Source of the DNA: Polyangia bacterium
GTDB taxonomy: Bacteria > Myxococcota_A > Polyangia > Nannocystales > Nannocystaceae
Assembly (NCBI GenBank): GCA_030429545.1
Contig: JAUIFF010000001.1
Coordinates: 467,599-531,598 of the forward strand
Reading direction: 5' to 3'
Length of the DNA stretch: 64,000 nt
Shown piece by piece: positions 56,025 through 64,000 of this stretch. Under the pieces are notes generated by a model. It did no database searches and was not told the DNA's origin. It saw only the letters and a program-made list of their open reading frames with translations. Within the stretch, counting starts at the first letter, position 1. The number at the start of each line of letters is the position of its first letter. Made by a program: the position numbers and the translations under genes.

Positions 56025-59000
56025 ATGGGCGACGGCGTTCAGGATTTTGATTCGAAGGGCCCCGAAAGTTCGTGGGGCGCGATCGCTGGCGTCGAGCTGC
56101 GAAAAGTGCTGTGGCGTGGCTCGCGGTGGCGGGTGTTCGATGGAGCTCGCGGGCTTTTGCGAGTGGCGGTGACGGTCGGCGAGGTGCTCAGCGACGAGGA
56201 TGTCCGAACGTTTCATCGCGCGGTGGCAAATCGAGCCCGTGTCGTCCATCCGGGGCTTTCGCGGGTACTTGCCTGCGGCGTTGAAGACGGATTGTTCTAC
56301 CAGGTTTCGGCCTTGCCCGACGGCCCGCGACTGAGCCAACGGGTGCGTTCGGGCGCGATGCTCGAGCCCGAGATTCGCGATGTCATTCGCCAGCTCGCCG
56401 GGGCGTTACACGCCGCCCATCGACTCGGTGTCATCGTCGGCCAGGTGACACCAGACACGCTGTTGCTGACCCCCTCGGGCATCAAGATCTGCGACATCTT
56501 TCCGTTGCTGCATCAACAATCGGGTCCGTTTACAGCGCCCGAGGTGCTCGGCGATGCCCCGGACATGCCCGATGAGCGCGTCGACATCTTTGCGGTTGGC
56601 GCAATCGCGTGGTTTGCCGTCACCGGGCGTCCGCCGCCGGCCTCGGGGAGCCGTGATAGCCGGCGTTTGCACCCCGATACCTACGGTATTTCCCGCGGTT
56701 TGGCCTGGCTTATCGGACATCTCCTCGAAGATGATCCGCGGCGCCGATTTCAGAACATGGTCGAGGTGCTCGATGCCCTCGACCAGGTTGAAGTTGCCGA
56801 CGAACAGGAGCCCGAAGTTCGGCGCAGCGAAAAAAAGGCCCAGGTCGCCGCGGGGTTTGACATCCCGTTGGTCGGGCGAGAGCAGACGCTCGCCGCCCTC
56901 GAACGCTTTCGCGTGGCCGCGCGCGAGGGCAACGGCTGTTCGGTCGTGGTCACCGGGCCTCCCGGAGCCGGGCGAAGTCGGTTGCTCTACGAGATGGCCC
57001 GTAGGTCGCGTGTGGCCGGGGACACCGTACTGTTCGCACGCTGCGAGGCGGACGATCACACTCCGTTGGGGGTGTGCCGCGAACTGGTCGAGGCCTACCT
57101 CGCCCAGGCGACCCGACATGAAGGATTTGGCGAAAGCTTACGGGCAGCAACGGTTGGTATCGATGACCTCATCCGTGGGCTGAGCCCCGAACTCGACCGG
57201 TTTTTGCCCGAACTTGAAAGCGAGGCCGGCCTCCACGAACACCATGCGTTTCACGGGGCGCTGGCCAGTTTTCTGATTCGCCTGGGTTCGGTGCGTGAGG
57301 AGCTGGTGTCTGAGCGTCTACAGGGCGTCGTACATGGCGGTGCGGTGTCGCAGGTGCGCACCGGGTCGTTGGTGGTGGTGATCGACGATGCCCAGTGGCT
57401 CGACCTCGCCAGTATCCAAGTGTTGCGCCATCTCGCGGTCGAGTTGCAGTCCAACCCGGTGTTGCTGCTGCTCGCCGTGCGTGAGCCACCCAGCGACGTG
57501 CTGTGGCAAGAGCAACTCGCACCTGCACCCGTGCAGACACTCGCACTCAGCCCGATGACCGCGACCGAGGTGGGTGCCCTGTGTCGGGCGATGGTTTGGT
57601 ACCCGTTGGCACCCCGGATCGTCGCGCTGATCATCGCCCGGACCGGAGGTCACGCCCGCTCCGTCGTCGCGTTTGTCCAGGTGATGCTCGACGAGGGGGT
57701 GATGCTGCCCAACTGGGGCGAGTGGGATGTCGACATGGGCCGCTTTGGCGCGCTCGCTTTGCCCGGGAGTGCCGACGCGTTGATCAGTCGCCGGGTCGCC
57801 TCGCTCGAACCACAGATCCGCGAAGTCATGGCCACAGCCGCCTGCATCGGCCGTCGGATCGATGTGGATATTTTGTCGTCGCTGTGTGGCAGCGAGCTGG
57901 TCCAGGCCGCCCTGCAATCATGTATAAGCAATCGAATTGTGGGCCGGCGGGGTCGCCTCGTCGCGTTTTTACACCAACAGGTGGTCGACATTTTACGGGC
58001 CTCGTTGCAACCGGGGGAACGTGCACGGATCCATGGGCTGATTGCCCGCCAGCTGCGGTTGGCCGGTCTCGATCGCCCGGAGAATCTACATCGGGCGGCC
58101 CATCACGCCTGGCAGTCGGCGCCGGCGACCAAGGAGCCTGAGTTTGTCATCGAGCTCCTGCTGCAGGCTGGACGCTCGGTCAGTCGTTACGCGCCCGAGG
58201 CCACGCGGATGTACCTCCAGTCGGCCGCGGAGTTGTTGGAGGGCATCGGCAAACAGTTGACGCGGCAGGATGCTCTTGCGCTCGGTCTTGCCTATGCAAA
58301 TTGTGGGGAGCTCGAACAGGCCTGTCAGGCGATCGAGTCGGCCCTTGCGCGGGCGACCTCACCCATGCAGCGTGCCAAGTTGCGGGTTGAGCTCGGGCGC
58401 ATTCACCTGCTCGAACTCGATGCTGACAAAATTCGGCGAGAGGTCGAGCAGGGGTTGGCCGAACTCAAGCTGCCGCCCCTGCGCGGGCACTTTACGCGGC
58501 GGGCCCGGGCCCTGCTCGCCCGTACGTTACGTCCCCGGTCGCGCCGTCCCCACGACGCCGTCCCAGAGCTCGACCGGGGAAAGTTGTTGCTGCAACTTTT
58601 AGAGCTCGGGGGACAGTTCGCCTACCTCCAGGGCAAGATCGTCCTTGGCATGCAACTCGCCTCGCGGGCCTTCCACGAGGCCCAACGCTTGCACCCGTGT
58701 GCGGAGCAGGCCAAGGCGATCATGTCCTACAGTGTTGGCTTGGCGCTGACGGGGCGTCGCGCGGGATTTGTGTCGGAGTCCGAGCGAGCCCTCGAGATCG
58801 CCAGGCGGGTCGGGGGCCAGGGGCTAGAGGCCACGCTGATGGCGGCGCGGGCAATGGGCCACGAAATCCTCGGTGACATCCAAAAAAACGAGCTTGATCT
58901 GCGGGCCGCGCTTTCGCGTGGACGCCTGCGGTTTCCGGTCGAGATGTACGCGAGTTGTGCCCTGACGTTGGCGCGAAATCTCGACCAACGGGGCTATCCC

Positions 59001-61379
59001 AACGAGGCGACGACGTGGGTGTCCCAGGCATGCTTGCGTCTACAACTAGCGACCCGTGACGGGCTGCCACACTTTCACAGCGTACTGGCCTATGTCGCGT
59101 GTCTCGATGCCGCCTGCGGGCGCCGAGAACAGGCCCAGGAGTCCCTGGCCTTTGCCCGGCAAGCACTCAAGGGAGTGACCGCACGGGCCGATGCTGCCCG
59201 CAACTACCTGGCTGCATGTGACCTGAGAGTCCTGTTTGAGCTGCGGCGCTTCGATGCCGAGTTTGAGCGGGCGGCCGAGCAATTCCTGCTCGATGTGACT
59301 GCCCCCGACCCGGCGATGCAGTTTACCCACGACGGCTTTATCTTGCTGGCCCACTACGAGCTCGAACGCCTCGTGGCACAGCGGCGAATGGGTCAGGCCC
59401 ACCCCGATCCCGATGTCACAAACTTGAAGACCGCGATCAGTCGCTTGCACCCGTTGCGGCATATTCCACTGATCTCCCTGCAGATCGCGTTTGTCGAGGC
59501 GACGTTGCGCTGGCTTCGCGGGGAGACAGCGTCGGCCCACCGGCGCTGGAGTGACACCGCCAAGCGGGCCCATCAACTCGACTGCCCCCGGGTGCTCGCG
59601 GCGATTTCAAGGTTTCGTGCCCATGCCCTAATCGAAGAAGGTGCCCGTGAGGCAGGTCTGCGCGAGGCCAAAAATGCCGCACAGATAGCGGGAGAGCAGG
59701 GGTTGAGCAATCTCGAGGCTTGGATCCGCGAGGACTTCCAACTCGCCGATGTGACCCGCCGACCGGATTCTGCAGACACGCTTGTCAGTGTGGGGACCGG
59801 GGTTGAGGTGACCTCCCACCGGATTCGCCAACACTTCGATACCCTGCTGCAAATCCGTATGAGTGCACTGCGTCAGACCTCGGCAGCGGGGCAGGCCAAG
59901 GCGATTTTGCACGAGCTCATGCTGGTGTTGGGTGCGTCGCGCGGGTGGATGATTGCGTATACAGATAAATACCCCGAGTACGAGGTGGTGTACGGATGCA
60001 CCTCGGAGGGCCGCGAACTTTTAGAGCTCGATGCCGCCAGCCGCCACGTGGTTGAACAGACCCGCGATTCTGGGGAGTTGAGTATTGGCAATGGACCCGC
60101 CGGCGAGGAAGTCGAAGCCACGGCCTCGCACCTGTGGTCCACGACCTCGCGGAGTTTGATGGCCGCGCCGATTCGCCTTGGCGACAGCGATGTCGGCATT
60201 GTGTGCCTCGACAACAGACTGTCTGGGAGCACGTTTTCGCGGGCCGATGAGCAGATGTTGCAGGCGATGGCCGGGCATATCGCGCTCGCTGGTGAACTAC
60301 TGGCGGCTCGTCTCAAGGCCCAGTCGGAGGGCACCGGAGAGGTCTTGTCGGGGGTGTTGGAGCAGGCCTGCCAGGTGCTTTCGTGTGGGGTGCTGGCACT
60401 CGCACGCAACGGAAGTCTGGTGCATGTCAGCGACGCCGTCGCCGAGCTGACGGCGGCCTGGGCCGAACCCGCGGTGTGGTGGCGCTCGATCACCGAAACC
60501 GGTGTGATCGACCCGACCTGGGTAGGCTTGGGTGATGGCGCCCACCATGTGGTCAGTGTTGAACTCGTCACGCCGGGGGGCGGGGTGCGGGTGTTCGAGC
60601 TGTCGTTCACCGGCGAGGTTCACCCGCTTGTCGGTTTTGGTGATAGCCAGGTTGTACTGGTTGCAGATACAACGAGAGGAAGCAGGACGGAGCTCGAGTT
60701 GCGGGCCAAACGCAATGCGGTGGAAGCCGAACGCGAGCTTGCGGCGGCCGAGTTGCGCAGCCGCAAGTCCCTACGTGAACAGCTCGTAGCCCTGCTGACG
60801 ACCGCCACCGATGAACTCACAACCATCGACGACCCCCGCGAACGCGAGGCTCGCCTCGCCGGTCTGCTCGATGTTGTCAAACGCGTGTCGAGGGTTGCCC
60901 GTATCGAAAGTGGCGAGTTGCCCCTGCCGGCCAATCCGATCGAACTCACGGGCCTCGTCAATCAGATCTACAGCGACGTCTCTGGCGAGCTCTCAGCCCG
61001 CGGCGGCGACCTATTGATCGACCTACGGACCCGCGATGCGATCGCTTCAGATCGGGTGTTGTTGCGCCAGATCCTCGGAGAGCTCGTTGGCTTTATCGCC
61101 GGGGGCTGCGAGCGACCAGATGTCCTGCTCGAGGTTTGGATCGATCGCCATGGTGCCCACCCGGTGTGTGTCTTTGAAATCTCGCGGCCCCAGCAAACCG
61201 AAGTGTCCGGGGCGATCCGCGACGAGATCGGTCAGTTGGCGTTGTCGGTGACACAGCATGCGGTCGGCTTGCTGCGGGGAACGTTGCAGCTACATGCAAA
61301 TGACGAGGCGCGACGGGTGTTGACGTTTACCTTGCCCGTTGGCGACGCACCCGATGATATCGCCATGATTCGCCGGTGA
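56025..61379 (+). CDS. 1784-aa multidomain signalling protein: pseudokinase-like N-terminus, AAA/STAND-like NTPase, TPR/helical region, GAF, and a C-terminal histidine-kinase-like region lacking the H-box His
   Basis: The kinase-like N-lobe has HRLGVIVGQVTPDTLL in place of HRDxKxxN and IKICDIFPL in place of DFG. The P-loop is VVVTGPPGAGRSRLL (Walker A Lys replaced by Arg), with Walker B VVVIDDAQWLD. A GAF-like segment (IVCLDNRLSGSTFSRADEQMLQAMAGHIALA) follows. The HisKA-like region is LVALLTTATDELTTI (His replaced by Asp), followed by an HATPase_c-like tail without clear N, G1 or G2 boxes. Confidence 0.7.
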   Translation: MGDGVQDFDSKGPESSWGAIAGVELRKVLWRGSRWRVFDGARGLLRVAVTVGEVLSDEDVRTFHRAVANRARVVHPGLSRVLACGVEDGLFYQVSALPDGPRLSQRVRSGAMLEPEIRDVIRQLAGALHAAHRLGVIVGQVTPDTLLLTPSGIKICDIFPLLHQQSGPFTAPEVLGDAPDMPDERVDIFAVGAIAWFAVTGRPPPASGSRDSRRLHPDTYGISRGLAWLIGHLLEDDPRRRFQNMVEVLDALDQVEVADEQEPEVRRSEKKAQVAAGFDIPLVGREQTLAALERFRVAAREGNGCSVVVTGPPGAGRSRLLYEMARRSRVAGDTVLFARCEADDHTPLGVCRELVEAYLAQATRHEGFGESLRAATVGIDDLIRGLSPELDRFLPELESEAGLHEHHAFHGALASFLIRLGSVREELVSERLQGVVHGGAVSQVRTGSLVVVIDDAQWLDLASIQVLRHLAVELQSNPVLLLLAVREPPSDVLWQEQLAPAPVQTLALSPMTATEVGALCRAMVWYPLAPRIVALIIARTGGHARSVVAFVQVMLDEGVMLPNWGEWDVDMGRFGALALPGSADALISRRVASLEPQIREVMATAACIGRRIDVDILSSLCGSELVQAALQSCISNRIVGRRGRLVAFLHQQVVDILRASLQPGERARIHGLIARQLRLAGLDRPENLHRAAHHAWQSAPATKEPEFVIELLLQAGRSVSRYAPEATRMYLQSAAELLEGIGKQLTRQDALALGLAYANCGELEQACQAIESALARATSPMQRAKLRVELGRIHLLELDADKIRREVEQGLAELKLPPLRGHFTRRARALLARTLRPRSRRPHDAVPELDRGKLLLQLLELGGQFAYLQGKIVLGMQLASRAFHEAQRLHPCAEQAKAIMSYSVGLALTGRRAGFVSESERALEIARRVGGQGLEATLMAARAMGHEILGDIQKNELDLRAALSRGRLRFPVEMYASCALTLARNLDQRGYPNEATTWVSQACLRLQLATRDGLPHFHSVLAYVACLDAACGRREQAQESLAFARQALKGVTARADAARNYLAACDLRVLFELRRFDAEFERAAEQFLLDVTAPDPAMQFTHDGFILLAHYELERLVAQRRMGQAHPDPDVTNLKTAISRLHPLRHIPLISLQIAFVEATLRWLRGETASAHRRWSDTAKRAHQLDCPRVLAAISRFRAHALIEEGAREAGLREAKNAAQIAGEQGLSNLEAWIREDFQLADVTRRPDSADTLVSVGTGVEVTSHRIRQHFDTLLQIRMSALRQTSAAGQAKAILHELMLVLGASRGWMIAYTDKYPEYEVVYGCTSEGRELLELDAASRHVVEQTRDSGELSIGNGPAGEEVEATASHLWSTTSRSLMAAPIRLGDSDVGIVCLDNRLSGSTFSRADEQMLQAMAGHIALAGELLAARLKAQSEGTGEVLSGVLEQACQVLSCGVLALARNGSLVHVSDAVAELTAAWAEPAVWWRSITETGVIDPTWVGLGDGAHHVVSVELVTPGGGVRVFELSFTGEVHPLVGFGDSQVVLVADTTRGSRTELELRAKRNAVEAERELAAAELRSRKSLREQLVALLTTATDELTTIDDPREREARLAGLLDVVKRVSRVARIESGELPLPANPIELTGLVNQIYSDVSGELSARGGDLLIDLRTRDAIASDRVLLRQILGELVGFIAGGCERPDVLLEVWIDRHGAHPVCVFEISRPQQTEVSGAIRDEIGQLALSVTQHAVGLLRGTLQLHANDEARRVLTFTLPVGDAPDDIAMIRR

Positions 61380-61465
61380 CCTACGGGATGCGCACAAGCG
61401 GGCCAGAACCAATAAACAAACGGCCCGACTCGTGTGAGCCGGACCGTGGCGTGACCCGAAGTACG

Positions 61466-61738
61466 TTAGTTGCCAGCCTGTGCGCGGTTGACCGCAACGG
61501 TCAGGCGCGAGCTGTAACGGGCTCCGGTGTTACGGTGCAAAACACCCTTGGAAACAGCCTTGCCGATCGCCGTGAGGGCGAGGGGAAGGTTATGAACTGC
61601 GGCCTCGACATCTTTGCTGGCGAGTGCATAGCGGACGCGTTTGATATGCGTGCGCATGCGGCCGAGGTGGACGAGGTTACGTGCGCGCCGTTTGATGCGC
61701 TGACGATTGCGTTTTGCTGCCTGTTTGTGATTCGCCAC
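61466..61738 (-). CDS. rpsT: 30S ribosomal protein S20
   Basis: MANHKQAAKRNRQRIKRRARN...: a 90-aa basic protein matching the S20 N-terminus. Confidence 0.85.
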   Translation of the reverse strand: MANHKQAAKRNRQRIKRRARNLVHLGRMRTHIKRVRYALASKDVEAAVHNLPLALTAIGKAVSKGVLHRNTGARYSSRLTVAVNRAQAGN

Positions 61739-61908
61739 GGGGCTCCTACTTTCGGGTCACGTGTTTGGAGGGCGAGTATTTGCTTTGATCACGTGGTCTT
61801 GTCAAGTGGCCGGAGACCGTTATGCGTTGTTGACGCAGTTTGCGACCGTGAGATATCCGCGCTCCGAGCAGTTGGCCGAACAAACGCGCACACCGTACCC
61901 TCCCGGGA

Positions 61909-62805
61909 ATGACGTCAGCAGCCCGGATCGCAGTGCTTGTCGCACTGGTTGCCAACGCCGGATGTGTGTTTGTGCCGCCACCTCCGTTGCCGGAGGAGGT
62001 CGCAGCAGAAGAAGCAGCCCGCAAGGAGCGGATCGCTGCCCTTCGCGGAGGTCAGCCGGCGACACCGCCCGGGTCGTCTGAAGAGGCCGAGACAGGCGGG
62101 TCTGAGGCTGAGCTCACGTTCAAGCCGGGCGATCCCATCCCCGGGGGCATGACCCCCGAGCAAATCGCGGACTTTCGCGCCGCCCAGGGCGACCCGGTTG
62201 CAGGTGACTTCACGCTCGAGCAAGCGCTGGCCGGGATCGAAGGTTCCGGTGAGTTGTGGGCCCTCATTCGCACCTCTCGAGGGACGTTGCAGTGTCAACT
62301 GTTTCCCGAGCAAGCGCCCCTGACTGTGGCGAACTTTGTTGGGCTCGCCCGCGGGATCCGGCCGTTTCGCGACCCCGCCGTCCCCAACAGTCCCGACGCG
62401 CCGAACACCACGTGGGTCAAGCGCCCGTACTACGACGGGACCTCCTTTCACCGGGTCATTCCCGGGTTCATGATCCAGGGCGGCGATCCGACCGGCACCG
62501 GCGTTGGCGGGCCGGGCTATGTCATTGTCGACGAGTTTAGTCCCGAGCTCATCCACGAGCGCCCTGGGATGTTGAGCATGGCCAACCGCAACGAGCCCAA
62601 CACCGGCGGAGCCCAGTTTTTTGTCACGCTCAACCCAACCCCGCATCTCGACGGGGTCCACACTGTGTTCGGAGCCTGCGACGACGACTCGACCGCACTC
62701 GCCGACGACATCTCGCTCGTGCCCCGCGACGAGCGAAACAAGCCAGACGAGCCCGAGATCATCCAGACGATCGGGTTTGAGTTTCGTCCGGCCAAAAGCT
62801 CCTAG
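61909..62805 (+). CDS. cyclophilin-type peptidyl-prolyl cis-trans isomerase lipoprotein
   Basis: It has a lipobox (ANAGC). The cyclophilin motifs are [25 protein letters not shown] and SMAN...TGGAQFFVT. Confidence 0.8.
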   Translation: MTSAARIAVLVALVANAGCVFVPPPPLPEEVAAEEAARKERIAALRGGQPATPPGSSEEAETGGSEAELTFKPGDPIPGGMTPEQIADFRAAQGDPVAGDFTLEQALAGIEGSGELWALIRTSRGTLQCQLFPEQAPLTVANFVGLARGIRPFRDPAVPNSPDAPNTTWVKRPYYDGTSFHRVIPGFMIQGGDPTGTGVGGPGYVIVDEFSPELIHERPGMLSMANRNEPNTGGAQFFVTLNPTPHLDGVHTVFGACDDDSTALADDISLVPRDERNKPDEPEIIQTIGFEFRPAKSS

Positions 62806-62832
62806 ACTTCGCCGCTGTGATATTGGGTTTGC

Positions 62833-63219
62833 ATGGGTAGCAAACAGGTGATTGAGCGTTGGGTCGAGTGCTTCAACACCGGCGATGTCGACAAATTTAT
62901 GGCGCTGTATGCTGACGATGCGGTGCAGCATGCGGTGTTTGCCGAGCCGATGGTTGGCAAGCCTGCGATCCGCGCTCAGACCGAGGCTTATTTTGCCGCG
63001 GCAAAGCTTCATTGCATTGTCGAAAACCTGGTGGCGACCGAAGACGGTTGGGTAGTGCTCGAGTGGCTCGATCGCGTCGGGCTAAAGGGGTGCAACGTCT
63101 ACCGGATCGAAGATGGCCTTATCAAAGTCCAGCGCTCGTACTTCGACCAACTCAGCTTTTTTAAACTCAACGGGCTGCCCGTACCGCCAATGGATGCGGC
63201 GACCGAGCAAGCTACTTGA
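62833..63219 (+). CDS. SnoaL-like / NTF2-fold protein
   Basis: IERWVECFNTGDVDKFMALYADDAV is the typical SnoaL_2 N-terminus. Confidence 0.6.
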   Translation: MGSKQVIERWVECFNTGDVDKFMALYADDAVQHAVFAEPMVGKPAIRAQTEAYFAAAKLHCIVENLVATEDGWVVLEWLDRVGLKGCNVYRIEDGLIKVQRSYFDQLSFFKLNGLPVPPMDAATEQAT

Positions 63220-63307
63220 GGGGTATTTGATGTGGCTACCTCGAGGGATGCACCGTCAGGGGAACGTTGACGGTGAACGCTGCTGATGTAGCTACATCGA
63301 GTTGCAG

Positions 63308-64000
63308 TTACTCAGTCACGACAATCGCCGTGCCCTCGCCATTGCTGCGCCCGGCATAGGCTGAGTGCCAGCCCTCGGGGAGCATGGGGTTGGTGAACCC
63401 AAACAGCCAGCGGGCGTCGGCCGGCGAGAGGTTGACGCAACCGTGGCTGCGCACCAGGCCAAAACCCCCGTGCCAGAAGGCACCGTGGAGGGCGACGTTG
63501 TTGTGGAAGTACTGCGTCCACGGCACATCTTCGATCGAGTAGGCCTCGTCTTCGACGGGTTGGTCGCGCATCGACGTGGCGATGTGTTTGCTTTGGACCC
63601 GGTGGACACCAATCGGGGTCATGCCCGGTTCCTTGCCGGTCGAGACCAGGGTGGTGAACACCGGGCGATCGCCGATGTAGGCCACCAGGACCTGCTCGGA
63701 AAGGTCAACGTGGATCCAGCGCTCGTCCTTGGCGAGGCCGGCGGGGCGCCGGATCTTGCGTGCGTAACCAACTGCATATGCACGCATTACCCGGCCCTCG
63801 GCATCCTCATAGTACTCGTGGGTACCCATCATGACCTTGCGAACAAACGGGTACCGGCTGCGGCGCTCGGGGTTTTTGTCGGTGTCGATCAAAACTTCGC
63901 TGCCCTCGGCCTCCCGTTGTTTGAGCCCGGTTTCGCGGCGAATCCAATACACGGGCAAATCGTCGGCGCCGTTGGGCAACACCATCCCCTGAAACTGGGA
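63308..64000 (-). CDS. L,D-transpeptidase (YkuD domain); the N-terminus probably lies beyond the window end
   Basis: The YkuD catalytic motifs are IHVDLSEQVLVAY, HGAFWHGGFG and RSHGCVNL. The first Met (63985) has no signal peptide, so the gene probably continues past 64000. Confidence 0.7.
   Translation of the reverse strand, partial: SQFQGMVLPNGADDLPVYWIRRETGLKQREAEGSEVLIDTDKNPERRSRYPFVRKVMMGTHEYYEDAEGRVMRAYAVGYARKIRRPAGLAKDERWIHVDLSEQVLVAYIGDRPVFTTLVSTGKEPGMTPIGVHRVQSKHIATSMRDQPVEDEAYSIEDVPWTQYFHNNVALHGAFWHGGFGLVRSHGCVNLSPADARWLFGFTNPMLPEGWHSAYAGRSNGEGTAIVVTE

Noticed and set aside
56025-61379. Annotating the giant protein simply as an active Ser/Thr kinase / sensor histidine kinase
   Set aside because: The catalytic HRD, DFG, Walker A Lys and H-box His positions all appear substituted, so a plain enzymatic annotation would be misleading. 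It is described as a pseudo-enzyme scaffold pending alignment.

Overview
This is a high-GC bacterial chromosomal segment. The gene content looks myxobacterial or deltaproteobacterial: many FHA, Ser/Thr-kinase, TPR and zinc-ribbon proteins, and long PE and GD dipeptide linkers. The housekeeping backbone is xdhAB, purH-purD, a DUF1015 gene, hisZ-purA, recG, lipA, rpsT, a cyclophilin PPIase and mepA. There is one tRNA-Cys(GCA) with an intrinsic terminator. Envelope and transport genes include two RND-superfamily permeases, a POT peptide transporter, a FadL-like outer-membrane protein, an amidase, a GHL10 lipoprotein and an L,D-transpeptidase. Signalling genes include a response regulator, a Ser/Thr kinase, two FHA proteins and a 1784-aa multidomain protein whose catalytic motifs all look degenerate. 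Structure not explained by these genes: (1) a ~540-bp array of ~105-118-bp palindromic tandem repeats at 10081-10622; (2) two degenerate duplications of a gene's 3' end, after xdhB and after the POT gene; (3) a GATC-dense, low-GC intergenic island; (4) a tightly coupled operon of two paralogous secreted proteins plus a vWA protein, next to a DUF3095 gene with a nucleotide-cyclase-like motif; (5) a 47-codon ORF, absent from the ORF track, with its own Shine-Dalgarno (SD) sequence, palindrome and terminator. No integrase, transposase, CRISPR-cas or phage genes were seen. Nothing here can be named as a known defence system or mobile element, so the novelty candidates below are hypotheses.
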